From contig JBMNPP010000001.1 of NCBI GenBank assembly GCA_050943675.1, positions 1-50,381 of the forward strand: DNA of 50,381 nt. The letters run 5' to 3'. This document shows, piece after piece, positions 19,310 to 29,478 of the stretch (its first letter is position 1; the number at the start of each line of letters is the position of its first letter). The notes under the pieces were generated by a model that saw only the letters and a program-made list of their open reading frames with translations, searched no databases and had not been told where the DNA came from. This DNA comes from Brooklawnia sp. (GTDB taxonomy: Bacteria > Actinomycetota > Actinomycetes > Propionibacteriales > Propionibacteriaceae). The position numbers were made by a program, and so were the translations under genes.

Positions 19310-20089
19310 ATGGATCTCTCACGCCTGATTCGTGTTCTGCTGCGCCGATGGCGGATCCTGCTGATCGGCATGGTTGTCTCGGTGGGAGCCGCGTACTTCG
19401 TGTACTCCGAGACACCGCGAACCTACCAAGCCAGGTCGCAGATCATGATGCTCATGCCGCCGACCGCCAGCAATCCCGAGATCGAGATCAGCCCCTTCCT
19501 GTACCTGCCCGATGGGCTGAGCTCGCTGGCCAGGGTGATCACGTTGATTCCCACCACCGCCGAATACCAGGAGTCGATGGCAGCGCAGGGCTTCGAACCC
19601 GCCTACACCGTCCTGCTGGACGCCCGCGAGCCGATCATCACGTTCACTGTGGAGGGCGCCTCGCCCGCCAACGTGCTGCGAACCCGGGACGAACTGATGA
19701 CCCGATTCGCCAACGACCTGGATCGCGTCCAGCGGGAGGAGGGGGTACCGGAACGCCAGTGGGCCCATGTGCGCGTGCTCCATTCCGGGGACTCTCTAAC
19801 CGCCAGTTCGGGGGATGCACTGCGCAACGCAGCTGCGGCCGGCATGCTCGGGGCGATCGCCACGCTCCTGGTGATTGCCCTCAGGGAGCGCGGGCCGGCA
19901 GGGCGCCGCGCCGGGAGCACCACCCAGCTACCCGCACCGGAAACCCGTACCCACAGGCCCCCGCGACCCACGAACCCGCAGGCGAGGACGGATCGCGCCC
20001 GCCGCGGTGACCCGGCAGCGGTGCGCAGACGAGCCTCACGCAGCCGAAACAACCGTTATGCAACTGCACTTCAGGGGCAACCGGAATGA
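19310..20089 (+). CDS. Wzz-like polysaccharide chain-length determinant / co-polymerase
   Basis: MDL..LIRVLLRRWRI N-terminus, TM, YQARSQI, second TM; GGAGG RBS. Confidence 0.8.
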   Translation: MDLSRLIRVLLRRWRILLIGMVVSVGAAYFVYSETPRTYQARSQIMMLMPPTASNPEIEISPFLYLPDGLSSLARVITLIPTTAEYQESMAAQGFEPAYTVLLDAREPIITFTVEGASPANVLRTRDELMTRFANDLDRVQREEGVPERQWAHVRVLHSGDSLTASSGDALRNAAAAGMLGAIATLLVIALRERGPAGRRAGSTTQLPAPETRTHRPPRPTNPQARTDRARRGDPAAVRRRASRSRNNRYATALQGQPE

Positions 20090-21684
20090 CCAGCATCGTG
20101 ATCGCGGCACACAATGAGGCCGCAGTGATCAGCAGGACGCTTGACGCCCTGCTCACCCCGCCGGCCCCCCTCGGCCAAGAGATCATCGTGGTGGCAAACG
20201 GCTGCACCGATGACACCGTGGCGATCGCGCGGGGACGCGGCGTCCAGGTGATCGACCGCGCCGAGCCCGGGAAGGCGGCTGCCCTCAACGCAGGTGACGC
20301 GATCGCGACCACCTTCCCGCGGATCTACCTTGATGCCGACATAGTCCTGCCCCCAGGTGGGGTCGAGGCCCTGGTTGGCGCCCTCGAAGCCACCGGCGCC
20401 CTGGCCGCGGTCCCGGCACGCCGGGTCGCCCTGACCGGCCGGCCGTGGCCGGTTCGCGCCTACTTCACCATCAGTCAACGCCTGCCGGTCTTCCGCGACG
20501 GGCTGTTCGGACGGGGGTGTGTCGCGTTGTCCCGAGCTGGACGTGGCCGCTTCGGCACCTTCCCGTTGATGGTGGCCGATGACCTGTTCCTGGACTCGCT
20601 GTTCTCCGCCGGGGAACGCACCGTCGTACCGGGCATCGAAGTGGTCGTGGAGGCGCCGTACAGCACCGTCGCACTGTTCCGGCGGCTGGTGCGGGTACGG
20701 CGAGGGAACGCGGCGATGCGAGCCGAGATGGGGCGAGGAGGGGTCCCCCGGACAGTCCGGCCGTCGGATCGCTGGTCGTGGCTGCGCGACGTCGTACTAC
20801 CAAACCCACGACTCCTGCCCGCCGGTGTGGTCTACTTCGTGCTCACTCTGGCTGCCGCCATCGCGGCCCGACGGGGCCCCAGTGCGAGCCTGAGCTGGGG
20901 CAAGGACGAATCCACCCGGATCTCGCCGGTGCCCGACGAACCGCGTCCTACTGCCGGATTGACAGCGGCCGAGGCCTCGAAGGCCGCGAACGTCCGGTTG
21001 TTCTTCGGCCATCAATCGGTCGGGCGCAACGTGTTGGGCCAGATCCCGGCGATCTTCGAGGCACAGCGCCTGCGGGCGCCGCGGATGCCCGTCGTGCCGC
21101 CGGGTGCCGCCAGCGTTGCAGACTCCCCAGTCGAGGGCGGGTTCTGGGCCGACGCCGCGATCGGTCGAAACAAGGACCCACTTGGCAAGATCAAGGCCTT
21201 CGACGATCAGATCCGCGGCGGGATCGGTGCGCAGGTTGACGTGGCACTGATGAAGCTGTGTTATGCCGACATCACTGACGACTCCGACGTTGCAGGCATC
21301 TTCGCGCAGTACCGCGAGACGCTGGCCGCCCTCGAACGTGACTTCCCGGATGTGACATTCCTGCATGCGACCGTCCCGCTCAAGACCGAACCGCGGGATG
21401 CCAAGGGTCTGGTCAAGGCAGTGCTGGGCCGGCGCAGCGGAAATGCTGCCCGCGAGCGCTACAACTTGCTGGTCCGCGCCGAGTACCCGGCCGGCCGGTT
21501 GTTCGACCTGGCGGCCATCGAGTCGACCCGGCCCGACGGTAGCCGGGTGAGGCGGGGCCGGGCAGCCGGGCACTTCGCACTGTTCGAGGGGTACGCCGCT
21601 GACCCGGGGCACCTGAACACCGTGGGTGCGAGGGTGGCCGCAGGTGAGTTGGTCGGGCTGGTGGCACGGATCGCCAACGAGTGA
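20086..21684 (+). CDS. GT2 glycosyltransferase fused to a C-terminal SGNH-like 'FFGHQSVG' domain
   Basis: IVIAAHNE, NGCTDDT, GKAAALN, YLDADI, ADD; then FFGHQSVGRNV, MKLCYAD, HATVP, DPGHLN. Confidence 0.85.
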   Translation: MTSIVIAAHNEAAVISRTLDALLTPPAPLGQEIIVVANGCTDDTVAIARGRGVQVIDRAEPGKAAALNAGDAIATTFPRIYLDADIVLPPGGVEALVGALEATGALAAVPARRVALTGRPWPVRAYFTISQRLPVFRDGLFGRGCVALSRAGRGRFGTFPLMVADDLFLDSLFSAGERTVVPGIEVVVEAPYSTVALFRRLVRVRRGNAAMRAEMGRGGVPRTVRPSDRWSWLRDVVLPNPRLLPAGVVYFVLTLAAAIAARRGPSASLSWGKDESTRISPVPDEPRPTAGLTAAEASKAANVRLFFGHQSVGRNVLGQIPAIFEAQRLRAPRMPVVPPGAASVADSPVEGGFWADAAIGRNKDPLGKIKAFDDQIRGGIGAQVDVALMKLCYADITDDSDVAGIFAQYRETLAALERDFPDVTFLHATVPLKTEPRDAKGLVKAVLGRRSGNAARERYNLLVRAEYPAGRLFDLAAIESTRPDGSRVRRGRAAGHFALFEGYAADPGHLNTVGARVAAGELVGLVARIANE

Positions 21685-21717
21685 GGCACTGGCCCAGCCT
21701 TGCGCCAGCAGACCGGG

Positions 21718-22302
21718 TCAGCCCACGCGGTAGTTGAGGATGGCCGAATTGTCGTAGCCATTGACCAGCACCCGACCCGGGTTCCCGCCGACCAGGCATC
21801 GCGCAGCGACATCGCGCGACAACACGGTCCCGGCTGAGATGGTGGCTCCGTCACCCACTGTGATATCCCCGGTGATGATCGCACCCGGACCGATCCACAC
21901 GTCGTCCCCGATGCTCGGCACCCCGTGGTCGCCACCGGCCACCCGTTCCCCGATGGTGACACCCTGGTGGATAACACAGTTCTTCCCGATGACGACCGGG
22001 CCGATCATCACGCCGTGGCGGTGCATCAGCAGCAGGCCGGGTCCGATCCTGGCCGAATGGCTGATGTCGCAGTGGTCGATGTGCGTCACTCGCCGGTTCC
22101 AGATCCGGTGCAGTGCGACCATCACCAGGCCCGCGAACCGGTGCCGCGAACGCAGGTCATCGGCGAACTCGCCGAAACGGTAGCAGGCGAGGCAGTGCAG
22201 CTCGGAGTCCGAGATCCAGTAACGCAACTTCCGTGCGAGAGATGTGCGTCCTTTCAGCCGGATCGCGTATGCCTTCTGCAGGTCAACCGAGAAGTCACCC
22301 AT
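21718..22302 (-). CDS. Serine O-acetyltransferase-like (CysE/WcaB family) acetyltransferase
   Basis: ARIGPGL, IGKNCVIHQGVTIG, PSIGDDVWIGPGA, VGGNPGR. Confidence 0.88.
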   Translation of the reverse strand: MGDFSVDLQKAYAIRLKGRTSLARKLRYWISDSELHCLACYRFGEFADDLRSRHRFAGLVMVALHRIWNRRVTHIDHCDISHSARIGPGLLLMHRHGVMIGPVVIGKNCVIHQGVTIGERVAGGDHGVPSIGDDVWIGPGAIITGDITVGDGATISAGTVLSRDVAARCLVGGNPGRVLVNGYDNSAILNYRVG

Positions 22303-22320
22303 GCCGATACCCCCGTCCCG

Positions 22321-23661
22321 TTAGCTGGCACGCCCGCGGTTGACGATGTACTCGCGCAGTTCATCGGCGTCGTGCAGGTCGATGTATGCACGCCCCAGCT
22401 TGTCGGCGCCTGCTGGCGGCTCGCGGAACGGCGGCGGCTGCGAGCCGGGCAGGCGGCGGGCGTTGGTCAGGTCGTCGAAGACACCGACGTAGGCGCGGGC
22501 CTGGGGTCGCCAGTCGAGTTCGGAGGCCACCCGGCGGCGCGCCCGCAGCCCCATCTCGACACGCAGTTCCTCATCGTCCAGCAGGCGCTCGACCGCATCA
22601 GCGAAGGCCGGGATGTCGCCGCTGGGCACGTAGAGCACCGAGTCCCCGCCTGAAACATGCGTCTCGACCAGGTCGAAGGCGACCGAGGGCAGGCAGTACG
22701 CCATGTACTCCATCGTCTTGTTCATCGTCGACACATCGTTGAGCGGGGTCTTCAGGTCGGGCCCCAGCCCGATATCGGCGGCGCTCAGGTGGGTCGCGAT
22801 CTGGTCACGGTCGACCAGCCCGGTGAAGGTGACCAGCGAGTCGAGGTCCATCTCGGTGCACTGCTTGCGCAGGTCTGCCAGGCAGTCCCCGAAGCCCATC
22901 AGGGTGGCGTGGACGTCGGTGCGTCCCCGGCGGCGCAACTCGTCCATCACGTGCAGCAGCTGGTCGACGCCGTCCTGCGGACCCATGATGCCCAGGTAGA
23001 CCAGTTCCCTGGTCTGCTTGTCGGTCGCCGGCGGACGCAGCGGCCGCATCGCGCGGGTGTCGGGGCCGCTGCGCACCACGGTGACGTGCCCGGGCGCCAA
23101 CCCGCCTCGCTCGATCGCGACTTTGCGGTACGACTCATTGGTGGATGTGACCCGGTCAGCGGCGCGGAAGGTCATCCGCTCCAGCCAGACCAGGCCCCGG
23201 TACAGCACCTTGCCCTTCGCCCCGGTCGGCTTGCCGAACCGGGACAGGTACAGCTCGGGATTGAGGTCGTGGTGGTCGAAGAGGAACTTGACCCCGGCCA
23301 GCCGCCACAACCTGGCCAGCAGCCAGTAGGTGTCAGGCGGGTTGCAGGCCTGGATCACCTGGAAGGGTCGCCGCGCGGCGACCACCAGCGTCAGCAACGC
23401 GGTGCGCAGCCAGCAGTAGATGAACTCATAGGCGTAGCCGGGCAGGCCCTCGGCCTGCGGAGGTGGCGCGTACTTGTAGATGTGGACGCCATCTATCACC
23501 TGCCGTCGCGGATCGCCGGGGCCCTTGGGGCAGATCACGCTGACCCGGTAGCCGCTGGCGATCAACGCCTGGCACTCCAGCCAGACGCGCCGGTCGAGTG
23601 GAACCGGCAAATTCTGGACGATGATCAAGACGTGTGGACCCTGGTTGCTGGCTGAAGTCAC
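22321..23661 (-). CDS. Glycosyltransferase family 4
   Basis: NLPVPLDRRVW, CNPPD, FDHHDLNPE, GPQDG, NKTMEYMA. Start uncertain (23661-23688). Confidence 0.9.
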   Translation of the reverse strand: MTSASNQGPHVLIIVQNLPVPLDRRVWLECQALIASGYRVSVICPKGPGDPRRQVIDGVHIYKYAPPPQAEGLPGYAYEFIYCWLRTALLTLVVAARRPFQVIQACNPPDTYWLLARLWRLAGVKFLFDHHDLNPELYLSRFGKPTGAKGKVLYRGLVWLERMTFRAADRVTSTNESYRKVAIERGGLAPGHVTVVRSGPDTRAMRPLRPPATDKQTRELVYLGIMGPQDGVDQLLHVMDELRRRGRTDVHATLMGFGDCLADLRKQCTEMDLDSLVTFTGLVDRDQIATHLSAADIGLGPDLKTPLNDVSTMNKTMEYMAYCLPSVAFDLVETHVSGGDSVLYVPSGDIPAFADAVERLLDDEELRVEMGLRARRRVASELDWRPQARAYVGVFDDLTNARRLPGSQPPPFREPPAGADKLGRAYIDLHDADELREYIVNRGRAS

Positions 23662-23800
23662 TGCGTCCCCCATTCGCTGATCCGACAACGCACCCGGCTT
23701 TTTGGGCCTTCAGCTTACGCAACGACAAGGACACACGGTGGTGATTCGGCAGTTGTCAGGGCTGCGGTGGCACGGACGCGGGCCCGGGGGCCGAGACCGG

Positions 23801-24985
23801 CTACTCGCGGGCGGCCGCGGCGTCCTCGACCTCTTCGCGGCTGAAGCCGAGCAGGAAGAGCACCGCATCCAGGTAGGGCATATTCAGCGAGGTGTCGGCC
23901 GAGGCCCGCACTGCGGGTTTGGCGTTGAAGGCCACCCCCAGCCCGGCAGCAGCGAGCATGTCGAGGTCGTTGGCGCCATCACCGATCGCAACCGTGCGCG
24001 ACAGCGGCAGACCCTCCTCGGCAGCGAATTCGCGCAGGATCTCGGCCTTGGCGGCCCGGTCCACCACCGGGCCCTGCACCCGTCCGGTCAACTTCCCGTC
24101 AACGATTTCCAGTGAGTTGGCCCGCACATGGCTGATGCCCAACTCGGCGGCCAGTGGCCCCACGATCTCAATGAACCCGCCCGAGACCAGGCCGACCGCG
24201 AAACCGAGATCCTGCAGGGTGGCCACCAGGGTCCGGGCGCCCGGGGTGAGCCGGATGGCGTGGCGCACCTTTTCCAGGATGCTGGCCGGTAGCCCGGCGA
24301 GCACCTGCACCCGGCGGTGCAGGCTCTGCGTGAAGTCGATCTCACCGCGCATCGCGGCAGCCGTGACAGCAGCCACCTCTGGCCCACGCCCGGCGTGCTC
24401 GGCCAGCAACTCGATCACCTCGTCGCGGATCAGTGTCGAATCGACATCCATCACCACCAGGCGCCGGCCCTGCCGGGCCAGACCGGCTGGTGAGACCGCA
24501 ACATCGAAACCCGCCTCTGCGGCGACCTGCGCCAGTGCCGGCCGCAGGTCGGCGACGTCTGCATGCGAAACCCACCACTCGATGCTGACCAGTGGCTGAC
24601 GGGACAGGCGACGGCTGCGGTCGACATTGCCGCCATGCTCGGTGATCACCGCTGCAGCGGCGGCCAGGTGCCGGGCCATCAGTGGACGCCCGAGCAGGGT
24701 GACGACCACCCGGTTGGGCCGCGGCGGGTTGTCGCCGACGCCCTCGGCGATGTGCAGGTTGGCGCCCAACCGGGCGCAGGTGCCGGCCAGCCGGTCAGTC
24801 AGTTCCGAGATGTCGTCGGGCAACGACCCGAGCAGCAGCGCGAGGATCAACTGCTCACGCACCACGACCTGCTCGAAGTCGAGCACTGTGGCCCCGCAGC
24901 GGGCGATGGCGTCCATCAATTGCACGGTCATGCCCGGCCGGTCGGTGCCGGTGATGGTCGCGGCCAGGGTCTGCATGTCGCTCAT
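23801..24985 (-). CDS. serB: Phosphoserine phosphatase with ACT domains
   Basis: GTDRPG ACT motif, MDVDSTL HAD motif I, GDGAND. Confidence 0.95.
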   Translation of the reverse strand: MSDMQTLAATITGTDRPGMTVQLMDAIARCGATVLDFEQVVVREQLILALLLGSLPDDISELTDRLAGTCARLGANLHIAEGVGDNPPRPNRVVVTLLGRPLMARHLAAAAAVITEHGGNVDRSRRLSRQPLVSIEWWVSHADVADLRPALAQVAAEAGFDVAVSPAGLARQGRRLVVMDVDSTLIRDEVIELLAEHAGRGPEVAAVTAAAMRGEIDFTQSLHRRVQVLAGLPASILEKVRHAIRLTPGARTLVATLQDLGFAVGLVSGGFIEIVGPLAAELGISHVRANSLEIVDGKLTGRVQGPVVDRAAKAEILREFAAEEGLPLSRTVAIGDGANDLDMLAAAGLGVAFNAKPAVRASADTSLNMPYLDAVLFLLGFSREEVEDAAAARE

Positions 24986-25003
24986 GGGTCGCCCCGTCCC
25001 GTC

Positions 25004-26374
<1,371 letters not shown>

Positions 26375-26488
26375 TCACCTTATCGCCTGCCCGATTGGTG
26401 CATCCGGCGAACCCGCTTGGTGGGCGAGCATTTGCTTCATACACTTGGCGGGTACTGCCGACTTGGCCCCAACTGGTAAAGGTTGAAC

Positions 26489-27211
26489 ATGCGAATAGAA
26501 GTCTGGTCAGATGTGGTCTGCCCGTTCTGCTACATCGGCAAGCGCGAGCTGGAAGCGGCTTTGGCCGACTTCGAGCACGCCGACAAGGTCGAGGTGGTCT
26601 ACCGCTCCTTCGAGCTCGACCCGGAAGCCGCTACCACCGGTGAACCGCTCGTCGAACACCTGACAAGCAAGTACTCCATGACCCCGGAACAGGTCACCAG
26701 CCAGAACGACCAGCTGGCTGCCCGTGCCGCTGATGTCGGTCTGGAATTCAACTGGCAACAGGCCCGGACGTCCAACACCCTGGACGCCCACCGCCTGGTC
26801 AAGCTGGCCGAGACCGAGGGTCTTGCCGCGCAGGCCACCGAGCGGCTGATGAACGCCTACTTCACTGACGCCGAAGTTGTCAGCGAGCATGACACCCTGG
26901 TGCGCGTCGGCACCGAGATCGGCCTTGACGCCGAACGGGTCCGCGCCATGCTGGGCACCACCGAGTACGCCGAAGACGTGCGTGCCGACCAGCAGCAGGC
27001 GATGGGCTACGGCATCCAGGGCGTGCCATTCTTCCTCTTCGAGGGTCAGTGGGCCGTCAGTGGCGCACAACCTGCCGAGATGTTCAGCGAGGCACTGCAG
27101 ACGGTCTGGGATGAGACCACTCGCCCACAGCTGATCACGATCGGGGAGGAGTTCTCCGGTGGCGGCGGCGGTTCGTGTGGTTGCGGTGGCTGCGGCTGCG
27201 GCGCCAAGTGA
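26489..27211 (+). CDS. DsbA/FrnE family thiol-disulfide oxidoreductase
   Basis: WSDVVCPFCYIG, GVPFF, SGAQP; Cys/Gly-rich C-terminal tail. Confidence 0.92.
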   Translation: MRIEVWSDVVCPFCYIGKRELEAALADFEHADKVEVVYRSFELDPEAATTGEPLVEHLTSKYSMTPEQVTSQNDQLAARAADVGLEFNWQQARTSNTLDAHRLVKLAETEGLAAQATERLMNAYFTDAEVVSEHDTLVRVGTEIGLDAERVRAMLGTTEYAEDVRADQQQAMGYGIQGVPFFLFEGQWAVSGAQPAEMFSEALQTVWDETTRPQLITIGEEFSGGGGGSCGCGGCGCGAK

Positions 27212-27238
27212 TGCCGCATTGACCGAGTAAGCACTTGG

Positions 27239-27277
27239 ACAAACCCATGACCCCGGACTCGCGGGTCATGGGTTTGT
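27239..27277. terminator. Probable bidirectional intrinsic terminator between convergent genes
   Basis: Perfect 15-bp stem ACAAACCCATGACCC / GGGTCATGGGTTTGT. Confidence 0.75.
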
Positions 27278-27283
27278 TGCTGT

Positions 27284-27973
27284 CTACCCGGTGGCCAGCC
27301 TGTAGCTGGGTTCGACCCGCTTGAAGTGGCCGATCACCCGGGCAGTGATGGGCATGACCAGCAGTTCGACCGCCACCTTCCACACGTAGCCGAACAGCAC
27401 GTAGTTGGCCCACTGGGCGAGGCTGTCGATACCGATCACGCCCGCTGCGATGGTGCAGAAGATGATGGTGTCGATCGCCTCACCGACCCCGGTGGACGAG
27501 ATCATCCGCCGATAGAGCCGCGACTCGTGGTCGCGGCGTTTCCCCAGCCACATGATGAACGAGTTGGCGCTCTGCCCCGCCGCGAACCCGAGCAGGCTGG
27601 CCAGGACGATCTGCCAGACGGGCCCCAGTGCGACCTCGAGGGCCTGCTGCTTGGCGACACCGAAATCGTCGTCGAAGCCGGGCAGCCAGATGACCAGGGC
27701 GAAGAAGAGTACTGCGATCAGGTTGGCCAGGAATCCGGTGATGATCGCTTGCCGGGCAGCCCTGGGCCCATACACCTCGGTGATCACATCACCCAGGATG
27801 TAGGCGAATGGGAACAGGAAGAACGCCCCATCGGTGATGACCGGCCCCAGCACCACCCCCTTGGTGGCCCCGATGGAGGACAGCACCACCACCAGCACGA
27901 ACCCGGCGAGCAGCGTGGCGAACCTGCCCGACCCGATGGCGGCATAGTTGACCTGCTGCGACTGCTCACTCAC
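27284..27973 (-). CDS. yhhQ: Queuosine precursor transporter (YhhQ/VUT family)
   Basis: DGAFFLFPFAYILGDVITEVYG, ST..GEAIDT.IF. GTG start at 27973 chosen to avoid overlap with the NYN gene. Confidence 0.88.
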   Translation of the reverse strand: MSEQSQQVNYAAIGSGRFATLLAGFVLVVVLSSIGATKGVVLGPVITDGAFFLFPFAYILGDVITEVYGPRAARQAIITGFLANLIAVLFFALVIWLPGFDDDFGVAKQQALEVALGPVWQIVLASLLGFAAGQSANSFIMWLGKRRDHESRLYRRMISSTGVGEAIDTIIFCTIAAGVIGIDSLAQWANYVLFGYVWKVAVELLVMPITARVIGHFKRVEPSYRLATG

Positions 27974-27981
27974 GATCGGCA

Positions 27982-28027
27982 AGTCTATGCCGCTGCCGTT
28001 GGGGGCCGTCCCGGGCGCGTCTAGAGT
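27982..28027. promoter_or_regulatory. Divergent TANNNT -10 boxes, probably leaderless promoters
   Basis: TAGACT (minus, 27982-27987) lies 8 nt before GTG 27973. TAGAGT (plus, 28022-28027) lies 6 nt before GTG 28034. No SD seen. Confidence 0.5.
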
Positions 28028-28033
28028 TGGGGC

Positions 28034-28825
28034 GTGACTGAAACTCCTGTGCACCATGACCCTGTTGGTTCGACGCGCATCGCCGTCCTTATCGACTGCG
28101 ACAACGTATCTGCAAGCCACGCAGCGGCGGTGCTGGAGGAATTGGCGACCTACGGCCGCCCCACGGTCAAGCGCGCATATGGCGACTGGACGACCAACCA
28201 ATTGAGCGGCTGGAAGCATGAACTCAACCGTCTGGCTATCCAGCCGATCCAGCAGTTCAGCTACACCACCGGCAAGAACGCCACCGATTCAGCACTCATC
28301 ATCGACGCCATGGACCTGCTGCACCAGGGCCATGTGGAGGCCTTCGCCCTGGTCTCCTCCGATTCCGACTTCACCCGGCTGGCCTCCCGGTTGCGTGAAT
28401 CAGGCAAGCGCGTCTACGGGCTGGGAGCCCGCAAGACACCCGAATCACTGCGCAAGGCCGTCGACCAGTTCATCTACCTCGAACTGCTCGACCACGAACT
28501 CGAGGGCCGCACCAACGGAACAGGACGGACGACCAGCGCGGGAACGGCTGCCGAGGCCCCCGACACCGAGCGTCCCGGCAGCGGCATCAACCTGCACAGC
28601 GCGATGGTCAAGGCCGTCAACGCCACCAGCGACGACGACGGCTGGGTGAACCTCGGCGTGCTGGGCCAGCACCTCAACCGGGCGCACACCGACTTCGATT
28701 CCCGCGATTTCGGCCACCGCAAACTCAGCACCCTGGTAGCTGCCCAGCCCTACCTTGAGACCCGCACCGACCAAGGCGTCATGCAGGTGCGCATCAAACA
28801 GTCCCGCGGACGCTCGGACCGCTAG
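28034..28825 (+). CDS. NYN (LabA/DUF88, PIN-like) domain protein with C-terminal OST-HTH/LOTUS domain
   Basis: IAVLIDCDN, KRAYGDW, GKNATDSALIIDAMD, VSSDSDF; C-terminal DDGWVNLG...FDSRDFGHRKLSTL. Confidence 0.92.
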   Translation: MTETPVHHDPVGSTRIAVLIDCDNVSASHAAAVLEELATYGRPTVKRAYGDWTTNQLSGWKHELNRLAIQPIQQFSYTTGKNATDSALIIDAMDLLHQGHVEAFALVSSDSDFTRLASRLRESGKRVYGLGARKTPESLRKAVDQFIYLELLDHELEGRTNGTGRTTSAGTAAEAPDTERPGSGINLHSAMVKAVNATSDDDGWVNLGVLGQHLNRAHTDFDSRDFGHRKLSTLVAAQPYLETRTDQGVMQVRIKQSRGRSDR

Positions 28826-29027
28826 ACCCGCCTCCGGTCACGGATTGGCGATGGGGCTTCGATTGACACCAGATCCCATTGTGAAGTGGACTTTCCGACC
28901 GGCCCCGAAGAACTGGATCACGGCGCTGAGGCAGCCTTTAGCTGCGACCTGGCCGGATTCGTCCAAGCCGGGTGCGCCGCTGGCGTCTTGACACACCCGC
29001 ATGGCTATCCTCCCAAGAGAAATGCCC

Positions 29028-29192
29028 GGCCAACACCCCAACCGGGCACACACCGACTTCGATTCCCGCGATTTCGGCCACCGCAAACCCAGCAACCTGG
29101 TAGCTGCCCAGCCCTACCTGGAGACCCGCACCGACCAAGGCGTCACACAGGTCCGCATCCAACAGTCCCGCGCACGCTCGGACCGCTGGACC
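29028..29192 (+). pseudogene. Decayed partial duplicate of the 3' end (LOTUS half) of the NYN gene
   Basis: 165-bp direct repeat of 28664-28828 with 12 substitutions by hand count, including two Leu>Pro changes and TAG>TGG. Confidence 0.85.
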
Positions 29193-29230
29193 GATTGGAC
29201 CCCAGACTGCGCATCCGTCGTCGGCAGCAG

Positions 29231-29310
29231 AACGGGATTGGCGCACCCCAGACGACCCTTTTCCACTGTTAGGGGTCCGAAATCGCGGCCTGGGGTGCGC
29301 AGATCCCGTT
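29231..29310. repeat. 80-bp palindromic intergenic element, copy 1 (REP/MITE-like)
   Basis: AACGGGATTGGCGCACCCCAG...CTGGGGTGCGCAGATCCCGTT. Confidence 0.8.
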
Positions 29311-29337
29311 TCGGCCGGCTCTACCAGGCCCTGGACA

Positions 29338-29478
29338 TCACGTCAGGGCGTCCGCTGCCCGGATGAGGGCCAAGTGGCCGAACGCTGGCGGGACCATCGA
29401 TGGGCGGTAATGCCGGACGAAGCCATACCCGTCGACCAACTCGTCCTTGATCCGCGCCACGGTGGGTGTGGTGACTAT
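29338..29478 (-). pseudogene. Relic of a glycoside hydrolase family 15 (trehalase/glucoamylase-like) gene
   Basis: Translation TVARIKDELVDGYGFVRHYR...PPAFGHLALIRAADALT* resembles two separated GH15 C-terminal motifs (recognised from memory). Confidence 0.5.

Noticed and set aside
27974-28033. preQ1 riboswitch upstream of the queuosine-precursor transporter
   Set aside because: The 60-bp intergenic region has no recognisable preQ1 stem or A-rich tail, and the gene appears leaderless.
28664-29192. Diversity-generating retroelement VR/TR pair (3'-end repeat of a gene)
   Set aside because: Only 4 of the 12 differences have A in the downstream copy, so the changes are not adenine-specific. No reverse transcriptase is in the window.
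29001-29366. Functional stand-alone LOTUS protein (121-aa ORF)
   Set aside because: It covers only half of the domain, has helix-breaking Leu>Pro changes and reads through a lost stop into the palindromic repeat.
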